Shown piece after piece: positions 1 to 11,431 of a stretch of 64,000 nucleotides of DNA (position 1 is its first letter; the number at the start of each line of letters is the position of its first letter). The DNA is from Prochlorococcus sp. AG-670-O17. GTDB lineage: Bacteria > Cyanobacteriota > Cyanobacteriia > PCC-6307 > Cyanobiaceae. The stretch spans positions 43,739 through 107,738 of the forward strand of contig QCTC01000001.1 of NCBI GenBank assembly GCA_003211315.1, written 5' to 3'. The position numbers and the translations under genes were made by a program. The notes below the pieces were generated by a model that was not told the DNA's origin, did not search any database, and worked only from the letters and a program-made list of their open reading frames with translations.

Positions 1-2
1 TT

Positions 3-989
3 AGGGACGGACAAAGATTTGGTGTTGAGATAGCCTACAGTTTTGAAGGAAGAATTGAAGATGGAGAAATGATTGGCGATGCTTTAGGTTCGGCTGGAGG
101 ATTAAAAAAGATTCAAGATTTCCAAAACTTTTTTGATGAAACTTTTGTTGTATTGTGTGGTGACGCCTTAGTCGATTTGGATTTAACTGAAGCCGTTAAG
201 AATCATAAGAAAAAAGGTGCTATAGCAAGCCTAATAACAAAAAAGGTAACTAGAGAACAGGTATCTAGTTATGGAGTAGTAGTTTCTGATGAAAATGGGC
301 GAATCAAAGCTTTTCAAGAAAAACCAGAGGTAGAAGATGCTTTGAGTGATTCAATTAATACTGGTATTTATCTATTTGAGCCTGAAATTTTTAACTATAT
401 TCCATCGGGAGATAAATTTGATATCGGAGCTGATCTATTTCCTAAACTTGTTGAATTGGACTTGCCATTTTTTGCTTTGCCCATGGATTTTGAGTGGGTA
501 GATATTGGAAAAGTGCCTGATTATTGGAGTGCTATTAGAAATGTTTTATTAGGAAAAGTAAGGCAAGTGGAAATTCCTGGGAAAGAAATTAAGCCTGGAG
601 TCTTTACGGGTCTTAATGTTGCTGCAAATTGGGATAAAGTTAATATAAAAGGACCCGTTTATATTGGAGGGATGACAAGAATAGAAGATGGTGCAACTAT
701 TATTGGCCCCACAATGATTGGACCAAGTTGTTGCATTTGTGAGGGTGCAACTATAGATAACTCTATAATCTTTGATTATTCAAAAATTGGTAAAGGGGTG
801 CAACTTGTCGATAAATTAGTATTTGGTAGATATTGTGTTGGAAAAAATGGAGACCATTTTGATTTGAAAGATGCTTCTTTGGACTGGTTAATAACAGACT
901 CAAGAAGATTAGATTTAACTGAACCATCTCCTCAACAAAAAGCAATGGCAGAATTGCTAGGAACGGATTTAATTAATATTCCAGATTGA
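3..989 (+). CDS. NDP-sugar synthase / mannose-1-phosphate guanylyltransferase-like nucleotidyltransferase (5'-truncated)
   Basis: Frame is open from position 3 (RDGQRFGVEIAYSFEG..., upstream of the track's M69). Motifs LGSAGG, LCGD, FQEKP, INTGIY, WVDIG; C-terminal hexapeptide-repeat region. Confidence 0.85.
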   Translation, partial: RDGQRFGVEIAYSFEGRIEDGEMIGDALGSAGGLKKIQDFQNFFDETFVVLCGDALVDLDLTEAVKNHKKKGAIASLITKKVTREQVSSYGVVVSDENGRIKAFQEKPEVEDALSDSINTGIYLFEPEIFNYIPSGDKFDIGADLFPKLVELDLPFFALPMDFEWVDIGKVPDYWSAIRNVLLGKVRQVEIPGKEIKPGVFTGLNVAANWDKVNIKGPVYIGGMTRIEDGATIIGPTMIGPSCCICEGATIDNSIIFDYSKIGKGVQLVDKLVFGRYCVGKNGDHFDLKDASLDWLITDSRRLDLTEPSPQQKAMAELLGTDLINIPD

Positions 990-1863
990 GTCCAGCTTTT
1001 TCAAGTATCTCTGGGATAAAAGATTCTGATTTGACTGCCATAAGATGAATCCCATCTGCAATATTAATAAAATCTTTAGCTTGCTCTGAAGCAATTAGAA
1101 TACCTTCTTCGAGTGGATTTTTTGCTTCTTTGAGACGATTTAAAACATGTTCAGGAATATTCGCTCCTGGTACAAATTTATTTATGAAAAGAGCATTTTT
1201 ATATGATTTTAAAAGAAATACTCCTGCGATAACTGGTATCCCAAGTGGATTACTGATTTCGTTGCAGAAGTCTATTAAACATTTTCTATCCATAACCATT
1301 TGCGTTTGTAAAAACTTTGCTCCAGCCTCTTTTTTTTTTATTGTCCTACTTTTTAAACTTCTTTGATTTCTACAACTTGGATCTACTGCAGCACCTGAAA
1401 AAATTTTAGTTTTTTTGTCTGGAAGTTGTTCAAAAGTAGGATCAATTCCTTGATTGAATGATTTAATTTGTTTTAATAATCTCACTGCCTCAAATTCATG
1501 AACTGCTTTTGTTTCTTGCTGATCGCCAGCTTTTACAGAATCTCCTGTAATGCATAAAATATTTTTAATACCCAAGGCATTGGCTCCAAGAATATCTGAT
1601 TGTAACGCAATTTTATTACGATCTCTGCATGAGATTTGCATTATCGGTTCTATCCCATTTTCCAGTAATAGTTTAGACATTGCTAAACTACACATCCTCA
1701 TTATTGCTCTACTTCCATCTGTAATGTTAACAGCATGAACCTTATTTTTCAGAAGTTGTGCTATTTTAAGAGATCTTATGGGGTCCCCTCCCCTTGGCGG
1801 CATTAATTCTGCTGTAATTACTTTTGAATTTTTTTCTAAAGTTTGCTGTAGTTTTGATTTCAA
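973..1863 (-). CDS. metF: 5,10-methylenetetrahydrofolate reductase
   Basis: AELMPPRG, VNITDG, CRDRNKIALQS, ITGD, FLQTQ motifs; TTG start. Confidence 0.88.
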   Translation of the reverse strand: MKSKLQQTLEKNSKVITAELMPPRGGDPIRSLKIAQLLKNKVHAVNITDGSRAIMRMCSLAMSKLLLENGIEPIMQISCRDRNKIALQSDILGANALGIKNILCITGDSVKAGDQQETKAVHEFEAVRLLKQIKSFNQGIDPTFEQLPDKKTKIFSGAAVDPSCRNQRSLKSRTIKKKEAGAKFLQTQMVMDRKCLIDFCNEISNPLGIPVIAGVFLLKSYKNALFINKFVPGANIPEHVLNRLKEAKNPLEEGILIASEQAKDFINIADGIHLMAVKSESFIPEILEKAGLNLEY

Positions 1864-1940
1864 TTGCTTTTTTTTCCTACTTGGTTAAGAAGTTTACTGT
1901 AACTGCTAAACTCAATTAATATATAAAAGGAACTGTTTAA

Positions 1941-2219
1941 ATGCAAATGGTTGAAGAAGGAGTTAACGACATTGATATGATGGGTCTCTCATCTAGAGAG
2001 ATGGAAATCATAGATTTAGTAGCTGATGGGCTCACAAATCAAGAAATTGCGGTAAAACTTACTATTAGTAAAAGAACTGTTGATAATCATGTAAGTAATA
2101 TGTTTACCAAAACAGGCTCCAAAAATAGAGTAGCACTATTAAACTGGGCTATGGATCATGGAAAAATCTGTAGAGATGGATTTAATTGTTGTTCTCTGCC
2201 TGACTCAGATCAAGATTAA
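1941..2219 (+). CDS. pedR: Small LuxR-family HTH regulator, PedR-type (redox/photosynthetic electron transport-dependent)
   Basis: LSSREMEII...GLTNQEIA..LTISKRTVDNHVSN LuxR HTH with no receiver domain; C-terminal ICRDGFNCC cysteines as in cyanobacterial PedR. Confidence 0.8.
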   Translation: MQMVEEGVNDIDMMGLSSREMEIIDLVADGLTNQEIAVKLTISKRTVDNHVSNMFTKTGSKNRVALLNWAMDHGKICRDGFNCCSLPDSDQD

Positions 2220-2367
2220 CATTAGCTTCTTTATCGATACTTACTATTAAATTCATTAAGCAAAAATGTGCAGAATTTAGTTCAAAAAGTTTTGCATAAT
2301 CAAGACATGCTTCTCTATCAGGGTTAGCAAATCTTAATACTCCCTCTCTGTCATAAAGACCGTACAT
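2182..2367 (-). CDS. Small hypothetical protein (picocyanobacterial MYGLYD...ACxxYA.LF type)
   Basis: ATG start, occupies otherwise empty space downstream of the CYTH gene; resembles small conserved picocyanobacterial proteins as I recall them; 38 bp tail-to-tail overlap with pedR. Confidence 0.65.
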   Translation of the reverse strand: MYGLYDREGVLRFANPDREACLDYAKLFELNSAHFCLMNLIVSIDKEANVNLDLSQAENNN

Positions 2368-2443
2368 ATCAAAAAAAACAATATTATTTAGAATATAAAA
2401 AAAATATTAAGAAAAGGTGAGTTTTCGCTGATTTTTTTTGTTT

Positions 2444-2920
2444 TTAAATCTTTGTTTCCCATTTTGAAAAGGGATGTTTTGTCAGATTAAAATTGGTATA
2501 TATTTTTAGACCCGTAATTTCTTTTGCTAAAAAAGATGGAAGAATAACTATTTCTTTTTCTTCAGTAAGCTCAATTTCGGCAATTTCTAAAGGGAAATTT
2601 TTGTCTTTAAAGCAATCTATAATCCAATCTTTTTGATTAACTTTTAAAAAAAATCTTTCTTTTTTAATTGTATTAGTAAGATTTGACATGATTTTTTCAC
2701 CATCACTATTAGGTATTGAGTATTCATATTCGTAATTAGTAAAATTTTTAATATGTTTTTTAAGTGCAATTTTAAAGTTTTTTCCGTTAAATCTGATTCT
2801 GACGATCCAATCTTCCAAATCGTGGGAAAGATAGCCCTGCTCTATAAAAGTTTTATGAGTAATAAATTGCTTCCATTGATCATTTTTGATAAGAAATCGC
2901 CTTTCAATTTCTAATGCCAT
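2444..2920 (-). CDS. CYTH domain protein (triphosphate tunnel metalloenzyme)
   Basis: N-terminal EIERRFL, EQGYL, YEYEY, IAEIE motifs. Confidence 0.85.
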   Translation of the reverse strand: MALEIERRFLIKNDQWKQFITHKTFIEQGYLSHDLEDWIVRIRFNGKNFKIALKKHIKNFTNYEYEYSIPNSDGEKIMSNLTNTIKKERFFLKVNQKDWIIDCFKDKNFPLEIAEIELTEEKEIVILPSFLAKEITGLKIYTNFNLTKHPFSKWETKI

Positions 2921-3835
2921 CTAATTGTTTTGATTATTTTTTAATGATAAATCTCCTTTCCAATCAAGTTTTTTGATTAATGTAATGTAATAGGAAATGC
3001 TTTTATTGAATTTAATCATTTTACAGGGCTTTGTTACTTTATTAATTTCACAATAATCATTTTCTTTTATTGTCATACACTTTGATCCATCTTTCCATAG
3101 TTTTATTTCTCTTTTATTCTTTTGAACGACTCTAATAATTACTTTACTTGTATCAGGAATAATAATTGGCCGGCTAGCTAAGCTCATAGGACATATTGGA
3201 TTTATCACGAATGCATTTATTGAGGGGTGTACTATTGGCCCTCCTGCTGCCATAGAGTATGCAGTGGAACCAGTTGAGGAAGAAATAATTAAACCATCAC
3301 CTTTATATTCGTTTACTTTCTCATTATCTATCTCGATTTGAATTTGATTGGTTGGAGAAATATCTTCTTCAACAGATTTAAAATAAAAATCATTTAATGC
3401 ATCATAGCTTTTGAGGAATTTTCTTTCTTTATTCTTTTCTTTACTATAGACATCACAGTGTAATCTATTTCTAAAATCAATTATGAAATCTTCTTTTTCC
3501 AAAATTTTAATAAATGATTTGTCAAATAAAAAATCCTTTTCTTGAGTCAAAAATCCTAAATTACCGCCAATATTAAAACTAAGTATTGGAATATCATAGT
3601 TAACTAGTGCATTTGCAGACTTAAGAACAGTACCATCACCACCAAGAACAATTACTAAATCAGGTAATGCAGCAAGGTTGCAAAAGTAGCTTTCTAGTTG
3701 ATTGTTATCAAAATCACTTTCTATCCTTTTTGACTTAATATTTCTATCTTTAAGAGCCTTGTTACAAAATATTGATGCTTCTTTAGCACTTGAGCTGTTA
3801 GAACGATAAATAATAAACACCAATGAAAGTTTCAC
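2921..3835 (-). CDS. nadK: NAD(+) kinase
   Basis: [36 protein letters not shown]; GTG start. Confidence 0.93.
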   Translation of the reverse strand: MKLSLVFIIYRSNSSSAKEASIFCNKALKDRNIKSKRIESDFDNNQLESYFCNLAALPDLVIVLGGDGTVLKSANALVNYDIPILSFNIGGNLGFLTQEKDFLFDKSFIKILEKEDFIIDFRNRLHCDVYSKEKNKERKFLKSYDALNDFYFKSVEEDISPTNQIQIEIDNEKVNEYKGDGLIISSSTGSTAYSMAAGGPIVHPSINAFVINPICPMSLASRPIIIPDTSKVIIRVVQKNKREIKLWKDGSKCMTIKENDYCEINKVTKPCKMIKFNKSISYYITLIKKLDWKGDLSLKNNQNN

Positions 3836-3845
3836 TTGATGCTTT

Positions 3846-4166
3846 TTACCACTTTAATAAATTAAAACTTTCCATATCCACAGTGACTCTATTTCTATAA
3901 AGGGATAGCAATATAGCTAATCCTACAGCCGCTTCGGCTGCCGCGACTGTGATAACAAAAATCGTAAAAACCTGTCCTTGAATTAGATTATTATCCACAT
4001 AAGAAGAGAAGGCCATCAAATTTATGTTCACTGCATTCAACATTAACTCTATACTCATCAATACTCTTACTGCATTTCTACTATTTAATAATCCCCAAAT
4101 GCCAATACAAAATAAAACTGAGGAAACTATTAAAAAAGCTTGAAGTGGAATTGATTCTAAATTCAT
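3846..4166 (-). CDS. ndhE: NDH-1 subunit 4L (NuoK)
   Basis: [23 protein letters not shown]; follows ndhG. Confidence 0.97.
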   Translation of the reverse strand: MNLESIPLQAFLIVSSVLFCIGIWGLLNSRNAVRVLMSIELMLNAVNINLMAFSSYVDNNLIQGQVFTIFVITVAAAEAAVGLAILLSLYRNRVTVDMESFNLLKW

Positions 4167-4167
4167 C

Positions 4168-4767
4168 TTAATTTTTTTTTATAAGTAAAGGTTCATTTGG
4201 TTTCTCTATTAGCTCTTGATCTACCGGTAATCCTGTTGAAATATCTTCATTCATGACATCTCTTCTAGCCAAAACAATAGCCCCAATCATAGCCATTAAG
4301 AGTAATACAGATGCCACTTCAAAAGGGAGCAAGTAATCACTAAATAAGTGTTCTCCTATTCTTACTGTAGATTCTTCCCCTATAGATGCATTAGGTTCAG
4401 CCAAACCCCAAATATTGGATAAGTCAACTCTTATTAATAGACTTAGAAGAGTTAAACAAATTGATGTTGATATAATTCTTCTTGATTTAATATTTTCAAT
4501 AGCCTTTAAATCTTCTTTTTTATTAACTAACATTATTGCAAAAATTATTAGAACATTCACTGCCCCTACATAAACTAAAACTTGAGCTGCAGCAACAAAA
4601 CTTGCGTTTAGTAGTAGATATAAGCCTGCAACACTCATGAAGACTCCACCAAGCAAAAATGCAGAGTAAACAATATTCTCTAGAAGAATTACACCTAGTG
4701 CGCCAATTATTACAACTAAAGATAATACTGAAAAACAAATTATTTGAGTTGTGACTGCTATAGACAT
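4168..4767 (-). CDS. ndhG: NDH-1 subunit 6 (NuoJ)
   Basis: [33 protein letters not shown]. Confidence 0.97.
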   Translation of the reverse strand: MSIAVTTQIICFSVLSLVVIIGALGVILLENIVYSAFLLGGVFMSVAGLYLLLNASFVAAAQVLVYVGAVNVLIIFAIMLVNKKEDLKAIENIKSRRIISTSICLTLLSLLIRVDLSNIWGLAEPNASIGEESTVRIGEHLFSDYLLPFEVASVLLLMAMIGAIVLARRDVMNEDISTGLPVDQELIEKPNEPLLIKKN

Positions 4768-4780
4768 GTATTATTTAAAA

Positions 4781-5407
4781 TTATTTGTTTGATTCGACAG
4801 TGGGATTTTTAATATCATTCAATTTTGGTTTCATCCAATCATAAACTTCTTCTGGTAGTTTACCAACTCGAACATCTGAAGGAGGAACTTCATGAGGATC
4901 CATAACTCCTTTAGGTAAATACGCAAGTTCCCTAAGAGGTTTTACAGATGGATCAGTTGTAACGTTCGTAGGAAGTCTACCTAATGCTATATTGTCAAAA
5001 TTTAAATTATGCCTATCGAATGTAGCTAATTCGTATTCTTCAGTCATAGATAAGCAATTTGTTGGACAATATTCAACACAATTCCCGCAAAAAATACAGA
5101 CTCCAAAGTCTATAGAGTAATTTCTAAGTTCCTTTTTCTTAGTTTCCTTATTCATAACCCAGTCCACAACTGGTAAATTTATCGGACAAACACGTACGCA
5201 GACTTCACAGGCGATGCATTTATCAAATTCATAATGGATTCTTCCTCTATATCTTTCAGAAGGAATTAACTTTTCGTAAGGGTATTGAACAGTAACTGGT
5301 CTTCTTCGGAGATGATCAAAAGTTACAGTGAATCCATCATATAAATATTTCCCAGCACTGAAGGCTTCTTTAATATAACTATTTACTTTTTGAAGAAAAT
5401 CTTTCAT
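4781..5407 (-). CDS. ndhI: NDH-1 subunit I (2x[4Fe-4S])
   Basis: [20 protein letters not shown] and [12 protein letters not shown]. Confidence 0.98.
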   Translation of the reverse strand: MKDFLQKVNSYIKEAFSAGKYLYDGFTVTFDHLRRRPVTVQYPYEKLIPSERYRGRIHYEFDKCIACEVCVRVCPINLPVVDWVMNKETKKKELRNYSIDFGVCIFCGNCVEYCPTNCLSMTEEYELATFDRHNLNFDNIALGRLPTNVTTDPSVKPLRELAYLPKGVMDPHEVPPSDVRVGKLPEEVYDWMKPKLNDIKNPTVESNK

Positions 5408-5476
5408 TTTAAAGAATTTACTTATTCATTTTATTCTAGTTTATTTAATTAATGTTTAAGTAGAAATAATTAAACA

Positions 5477-6595
5477 TTATCCACCAAAAAATTGAGGGAA
5501 AGCTAATTTTAATCCTGCTGTCACAAGTAGATTAGCAAGAGATATGGGTAAAAGGAATTTCCATCCTAAATCTAGAAGTTGATCTATTCTCACCCTTGGT
5601 GTTGTCCAACGCAATAATATAGCAACAAAAACCAATAGATATGCTTTGAGAACAGTCATTATGATTCCTATAGAAGCTGTGAAAACTTGAATCACAGGAG
5701 CATCGATTGGAAGATTTAGAACTCTAGCAATTATCTCAACAGGAATAGGAAAGCCCCATCCTCCTAAATAAAGTATGGATACTAATAATGCAGATAGGAT
5801 TAAATTTATATAACTGCCTAAATAAAATAAAGCAAATTTCATTCCAGCATATTCAGTTTGATAACCCGCTACTAATTCTTCCTCAGCTTCTGGCAAGTCG
5901 AATGGTAGCCTTTCGCATTCAGCAAGAGCGCATATCCAGAAAATTATAAATCCAACAGGTTGCCTCCATATATTCCAACTTAATATTCCCGCTCCGCTTT
6001 GTTGATTAACAATATCAATAGTACTAAGGGAATTTGTCATTAAAACAATAGCTAATACAGACAAAGCTAGGGGTATTTCATAGCTAATAGATTGAGCAGC
6101 TGCTCTTAATCCGCCTAATAGTGAATACTTATTATTCGAGGCGTAGCCACTCATTAGAAGTCCAATAGGTTGAATACTACTTAAAGCTATCCAAAGAAAA
6201 ATTCCAATACCAACATTACTAATAAGCAAGTTTTGGCCAAAGGGAACAATTAACCAGGATAGAATGACTGGGACCAAAACCAATATTGGTCCAGCAGTAA
6301 ATAGAATTGAATCTGCTTTTGCAGGAATAATATCTTCTTTTACAAGTAATTTCAGACCGTCTGCAATTGGTTGAAGCACCCCTAAAGCCCCTGCATATTC
6401 TGGACCTATTCTTTGTTGAGCAGCAGCAGATATTTTTCTTTCTAACCAAACTGTGACTAGTACACCAACTACTGCTGATACTAAAACTACTAACATTGGT
6501 AAAGGTAGCCAGATTATATGAGCAAGCTCATTTGAGAGGCCAAAGCCCTTTAAGATTTCGTTAAAACTATATTCGAGATCTAATCCGGAGTTCAA
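5477..6595 (-). CDS. ndhA: NDH-1 subunit 1 (NuoH)
   Basis: [49 protein letters not shown]; TTG start. Confidence 0.98.
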   Translation of the reverse strand: MNSGLDLEYSFNEILKGFGLSNELAHIIWLPLPMLVVLVSAVVGVLVTVWLERKISAAAQQRIGPEYAGALGVLQPIADGLKLLVKEDIIPAKADSILFTAGPILVLVPVILSWLIVPFGQNLLISNVGIGIFLWIALSSIQPIGLLMSGYASNNKYSLLGGLRAAAQSISYEIPLALSVLAIVLMTNSLSTIDIVNQQSGAGILSWNIWRQPVGFIIFWICALAECERLPFDLPEAEEELVAGYQTEYAGMKFALFYLGSYINLILSALLVSILYLGGWGFPIPVEIIARVLNLPIDAPVIQVFTASIGIIMTVLKAYLLVFVAILLRWTTPRVRIDQLLDLGWKFLLPISLANLLVTAGLKLAFPQFFGG

Positions 6596-6670
6596 AATTT
6601 TATTGTTATTTATTCTTTAGATTAACTCTTCATAAACAATATGTGTGTTTTTTATGAAAAGCTGAAGATA

Positions 6671-7816
6671 TTATTTTCGATTTTCTAAAGTAATCCAATC
6701 TCTTGGAGCCGAACCGGTATAAATTTGAGATGGTCTAAAAATTCTGTTTGCGCCTAATTGTTCCCTCCAATGAGCTAACCAACCTGCGACTCTTGATATT
6801 GCAAAAATAGGAGTAAATAAGTCACGGGGAATACCAAGTTTTCTGTAAACAAGGCCAGAATAGAAATCAACGTTTGGAAAAATACCTTTTCCTCCTAGCC
6901 TTGGAATAGCCTCTAACTCTAATTTTTTAGCAACTTCATACATTTCATCTTTTCCAAATCTAACAAAAAGCTCCTCTGCTAATTTCTGAAGAATAATTGC
7001 TCGAGGATCTTTAACTTTATACTCTCGATGTCCGAAACCCATTATTTTACTTTTGTTTTGAATAGCATCTTCTAAAAAAGAAGCAGCTTTTTCAGGAGTT
7101 TTAATATCTTCTAACATGGCAATTACATCTTCATTTGCTCCGCCATGTAGAGGACCAGCTAGTGTTCCTACTGCAGAGGCAATTACAGCGTATGGGTCTG
7201 TAAGAGTGCTAGCAGTAACTCGTGCGCTAAATGTACTCGCATTTAAACTATGTTCTGCATGAAGAATTAGGCATCTATCAAAAACTTTTGCAGCTATGGG
7301 ATCTTGTTCTTTCTCAGTCAACATGTAAAGAAAATTCGATGAGTAGGATAAATCATCCCTAGGTTGAATGGGATCTTGTCCTTTTCTTATAAGTTGGAAG
7401 GCAGCAATCATTGTTGGAATTTTTGCAATTAGTCTTATCACTGCGTTGTAAATATATTTGGGGTCATCTATCGCTCTTCTTGAGTAGAAAAGGCCAAGAG
7501 AGGCGGCACTGGACTGCAGAGCATCCATGGGATGTCCTGTAGCAGGGAAGCATTTCATCATATCTCTTACTCTGAAGCTTAATCTCCTATGCATCTGTAC
7601 TTCTTGTTCAAAATCCCTTAGTTCTATTGCTGTAGGTAATTCTCCCCAAATTAATAAAAAAGCAGTCTCTAAGAAACTACTTTTCTGTGCTAATTCTTCA
7701 ATTGAATAGCCTCTATATAATAATTTCCCTTTTTGACCGTCTATATCACATATTGATGAATTAGTCACTGGAACACCCTCTAATCCTGGTTTTAAAATTA
7801 GTTTATTAGTATCCAA
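6671..7816 (-). CDS. gltA: Citrate synthase
   Basis: PGLEGV, LHAEHSLNAST, GPLHGGANE, MGFGHR, PNVDFYSG. Confidence 0.97.
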   Translation of the reverse strand: MDTNKLILKPGLEGVPVTNSSICDIDGQKGKLLYRGYSIEELAQKSSFLETAFLLIWGELPTAIELRDFEQEVQMHRRLSFRVRDMMKCFPATGHPMDALQSSAASLGLFYSRRAIDDPKYIYNAVIRLIAKIPTMIAAFQLIRKGQDPIQPRDDLSYSSNFLYMLTEKEQDPIAAKVFDRCLILHAEHSLNASTFSARVTASTLTDPYAVIASAVGTLAGPLHGGANEDVIAMLEDIKTPEKAASFLEDAIQNKSKIMGFGHREYKVKDPRAIILQKLAEELFVRFGKDEMYEVAKKLELEAIPRLGGKGIFPNVDFYSGLVYRKLGIPRDLFTPIFAISRVAGWLAHWREQLGANRIFRPSQIYTGSAPRDWITLENRK

Positions 7817-7896
7817 AATTTGAATGTGCTATAAATCGTTTATAGGTCTAAGATAGTCAAATAATTTTTAGTTAACCACAAGATATCAATCAAATA

Positions 7897-9354
7897 TTAA
7901 TTATTAAATAGTTTCAAATTAGTTTCTGCATAATAAATAGGGACTGTTTCTGGAATAGATTGTTTGATTATTGCTTTAAATTCAATAATTGATACATTAA
8001 TTACATTTCTAAAAAAGTAATTAATTTTTTCGAAATAAGAGAAATTTTTTGATTGAATAGAGTAAGGATTCCTGAGATTTAATTTTTTATTTAGAAAATA
8101 TTTAGCATGACTATCACCTCTTAAACTAAAAAACTCATTTGAAATTAAATCTATATCTCCCTCATTTACCAAAGTGTTACTAATAAAATTTAGATTTTCA
8201 GTCTCAACTAAAAAAATCTTTTTATAATTTGACTGTTTTATAATATTCTCTTCTTTTATAAGTTCATCTTTTGAATATTTTGTATAAATATTATTATTAT
8301 TTTCTAAACTATTTTTATTAAAATCTTCTAATAATTTTATGTTCTCAATAGGCAAATAATTTTTATCATAAATTACTAACCAATTGTTGTCAGAACTTAA
8401 GAATAGTAGATTATATTTTAATTTATTATTAAGTTCTTTAATAATATCCTTTTCAAAACTGTTTATTTCGATATTATCAAGATACTTATTTGAATCTAAT
8501 AAATTATTATAAATAGATAGTTGATAATTTTTTTTATCTAATATGTTGATTGTATCCATATTTTTATATGATGTAATATCTAAATTTTTGTTATTATTAA
8601 CTAAATACGATTTTAATATAATTTCTTTACCCTTAAAATTAAATAAAGTTACTAAATAGTCTTCTTTTCTTAGAGGATAATTTTTTTTATTTAATAGTTC
8701 ATTTGTTTTGAAATTATTTGTTAAAAAGATAGCATGTTCATTTTTAAATTTATTTAATACTTCTTTAAAAGAGATATATTTGTTTTCTATATTAATTGAT
8801 TGTAATGCATCAAGTATTAAGGTTTTATTAGAGGAAGTAATTATATAATTATCATTAGTTCGATAAATATATTTTAAATAATTTAATTTATTTTCTCTTG
8901 ATATTTTAATTAATTTATCAGGCTCATCAACTTTATTTGGAAGATTTAAAATATCATCTATATCTTTATTTTCCTTTATTTTGAATATTATTAAAACATC
9001 ATCTATCTCTTTTTCTTTATTATCATAGGTGGTAATTGCAAGTTCATTATTATAAATATCTTCTAACTTGTTTGTACCTAAATCAACGCCTAAGTATGCC
9101 AATATACTATTTTTTACTAAAATAAACTTATCTTGATTTGTTATTTCAAAGTTTGTCCTTATAGCTTTAGTGATTTTTGAACTTTTAGTATTTGAAATAA
9201 AGAATGTTTTACTATCTTTAGGTAAGTACTTCAAGATTTTTAATTCTGAAATATCATTTTGACTTATTTTATTTAAACTATAAGAAGTTTCTTCAAATCC
9301 AAAAATACAACATAAGAATAATATAGTTATTACAGTTAAATATTTAATATTCAT
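7897..9354 (-). CDS. Large exported/membrane-anchored hypothetical protein (possibly DUF3352-like)
   Basis: Long uninterrupted ORF in very AT-rich DNA; N-terminal hydrophobic segment (YLTVITILFLCCIFG). Start placed at ATG 9354 (alternative 9381). The family guess rests on gene position only. Confidence 0.6.
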   Translation of the reverse strand: MNIKYLTVITILFLCCIFGFEETSYSLNKISQNDISELKILKYLPKDSKTFFISNTKSSKITKAIRTNFEITNQDKFILVKNSILAYLGVDLGTNKLEDIYNNELAITTYDNKEKEIDDVLIIFKIKENKDIDDILNLPNKVDEPDKLIKISRENKLNYLKYIYRTNDNYIITSSNKTLILDALQSINIENKYISFKEVLNKFKNEHAIFLTNNFKTNELLNKKNYPLRKEDYLVTLFNFKGKEIILKSYLVNNNKNLDITSYKNMDTINILDKKNYQLSIYNNLLDSNKYLDNIEINSFEKDIIKELNNKLKYNLLFLSSDNNWLVIYDKNYLPIENIKLLEDFNKNSLENNNNIYTKYSKDELIKEENIIKQSNYKKIFLVETENLNFISNTLVNEGDIDLISNEFFSLRGDSHAKYFLNKKLNLRNPYSIQSKNFSYFEKINYFFRNVINVSIIEFKAIIKQSIPETVPIYYAETNLKLFNN

Positions 9355-9434
9355 TTTATTTTTATTTTTAACAATAAACATTTTCTTGCAACCTTACTTG
9401 TAAAATTGTTAATAACAAATATTAATTCTAACAA

Positions 9435-9785
9435 TTGGGAAATTATCCGAAAACTTTAAATGCTATTGATCTTAATGAATGGTTTAATTCGGAAGATGAA
9501 AATCCTATTATTATTGATGTTAGAGAGGATTCAGAACTCGAAATTGCATGTTTTCCTAGGGAATTCTTACATTTACCAATAAGTAAGGTTTCGGCTGAGT
9601 TTGTAAAAACAAAAATCAGTGATTTAAAAGATAAAAAGTTCGTTGTTCTTTGTCATGCTGGTATCAGAAGTTATAATTTTGGACAATGGGTATTAGAAAA
9701 TAATCTCGTAAACGAGATTTGGAATCTTGAAGAAGGTATAGACGGTTGGAGTCAGTATATTGATCAAACTATACCAAGATATTAG
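9435..9785 (+). CDS. Rhodanese-like sulfurtransferase
   Basis: IIDVRE, active-site LCHAGIRS, NLEEGIDGW. Confidence 0.9.
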   Translation: MGNYPKTLNAIDLNEWFNSEDENPIIIDVREDSELEIACFPREFLHLPISKVSAEFVKTKISDLKDKKFVVLCHAGIRSYNFGQWVLENNLVNEIWNLEEGIDGWSQYIDQTIPRY

Positions 9786-11030
9786 TTACTCAATATCCAA
9801 AGATGATGCGACAGTATTAACATCCTTATCTCCTCTACCGGAACAATTAATTACTATTTCAGTATCTTTATCCAAGTTGGGACATAATTTTTCTAACCAT
9901 GCAAAGGCATGAGCTGTCTCGAGTGCAGGGATAATTCCTTCTAATTCACTTACTAGTTTCAAAGCGTCTAAAGCTTCTGCATCAGTAACAGAACCATATT
10001 CTGCTCTTCCTATATCTTTTAAATAACTATGTTCAGGACCTACCCCAGGATAATCAAGACCTGCACTTATAGAATGCGCTTCTTGTACTTGACCATCTTT
10101 ATCTTGTAAAAGAAGACTCATTGACCCATGTAAAATTCCTACAGATCCTTTAGTAATTGTCGCGGCATGTTTTTCAGTGTTGACTCCGCTTCCTGCCGCT
10201 TCAACTCCAATAAGTCGAACTGATTTTTCTTTTACGAAAGGATGAAAAAGACCCATTGCATTTGATCCTCCACCTACGCAAGCAAGCAAAATATCAGGTA
10301 AAGATCCAAATGATTCTAGACATTGTTTTTTAGCTTCTTCTCCTATAACTGCATGAAAATCTCTTACGATCATTGGGAATGGGTGCGGCCCTGCCACTGA
10401 CCCCAAAATATAGTGCGTTGTTTCTACATTGGATACCCAATCCCTGATTGCTTCACTAGTTGCGTCTTTGAGAGTCGCAGTACCTGAAGTAACAACTTTA
10501 ACTTCTGCGCCTAAAAGTTTCATCCGAAAGACATTTAATGATTGTCTTTTTATATCTTCTGCCCCCATGTAGATAATGCATTGCAAACCAAATCTCGCGC
10601 ATACAGTAGCAGTCGCAACTCCATGTTGCCCAGCCCCTGTTTCTGCAATTATTCTTTGTTTACCCATTCTTATCGCTAATAAAGCTTGCCCTAATGCATT
10701 ATTGATTTTGTGAGCACCAGTATGATTTAGGTCTTCTCTTTTGAGCCATATCCTGCTAGTAGATGTTTTTGTCTGGTAATGTTCAGTAAGTCTTTTAGCC
10801 TCATATAATGGGGTCTCTCTTCCCACATAAGTTTTCAGCAAATGATTTAATTCATTAACAAATTGTTTATCTTTCCATGCATCAGAAGCTGCTTCTTCCA
10901 GTTCAAAAAGAGCTGGCATTAGTGTTTCAGGGACATATTGACCTCCATATTTTCCAAATCTTCCTTCTTTGGAAGGTTGATTTAAATCATCATTATTATT
11001 TTGATCTTTACGAGAAATTGTACTTACCAA
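9786..11030 (-). CDS. trpB: Tryptophan synthase beta chain
   Basis: [48 protein letters not shown]. Confidence 0.99.
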   Translation of the reverse strand: MVSTISRKDQNNNDDLNQPSKEGRFGKYGGQYVPETLMPALFELEEAASDAWKDKQFVNELNHLLKTYVGRETPLYEAKRLTEHYQTKTSTSRIWLKREDLNHTGAHKINNALGQALLAIRMGKQRIIAETGAGQHGVATATVCARFGLQCIIYMGAEDIKRQSLNVFRMKLLGAEVKVVTSGTATLKDATSEAIRDWVSNVETTHYILGSVAGPHPFPMIVRDFHAVIGEEAKKQCLESFGSLPDILLACVGGGSNAMGLFHPFVKEKSVRLIGVEAAGSGVNTEKHAATITKGSVGILHGSMSLLLQDKDGQVQEAHSISAGLDYPGVGPEHSYLKDIGRAEYGSVTDAEALDALKLVSELEGIIPALETAHAFAWLEKLCPNLDKDTEIVINCSGRGDKDVNTVASSLDIE

Positions 11031-11077
11031 TTTTTTATAGTATAAGTATGAACTAACTATAGATTATATAAAAAATA

Positions 11078-11389
11078 ATGGGAAAAAAAAATTGGATTGA
11101 ATTTGATAATCAGGAAAATATTTATAAAGAAAAACCTAAAGAAGAGAATTTTCAAAAAATATCAAAAATAAATATCTCAAAACAAAAAAAAGGAAAAAAA
11201 GGAAAAACTATTACTTTAATAAAAGGTTTATCTATTAGAAATGAAATAGAACTTAAGGAATTACTAAAAAAAATGAAAGTGTTTTGTGGTACTGGAGGAA
11301 CTCTAATAGGAGAAGATATTCAATTACAAGGTGATCTGGTAAACAAATCAATTAAGTTTCTTCGCAAAGAAGGATTTCAAAATTTATGA
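11078..11389 (+). CDS. yciH: Translation initiation factor SUI1 family protein
   Basis: KGKTITLIKGL...CGTGGT...IQLQGD. Confidence 0.88.
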   Translation: MGKKNWIEFDNQENIYKEKPKEENFQKISKINISKQKKGKKGKTITLIKGLSIRNEIELKELLKKMKVFCGTGGTLIGEDIQLQGDLVNKSIKFLRKEGFQNL

Positions 11390-11431
11390 GTCAAGAGTTA
11401 AGATAGATTTTACTTTTAGAAACATAAAAAG

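Noticed and set aside
6629-6658. TTCATAAA...TTTATGAA inverted repeat between gltA and ndhA as a terminator
   Set aside because: Almost all A-T pairs and no U-tract on the transcribed strand
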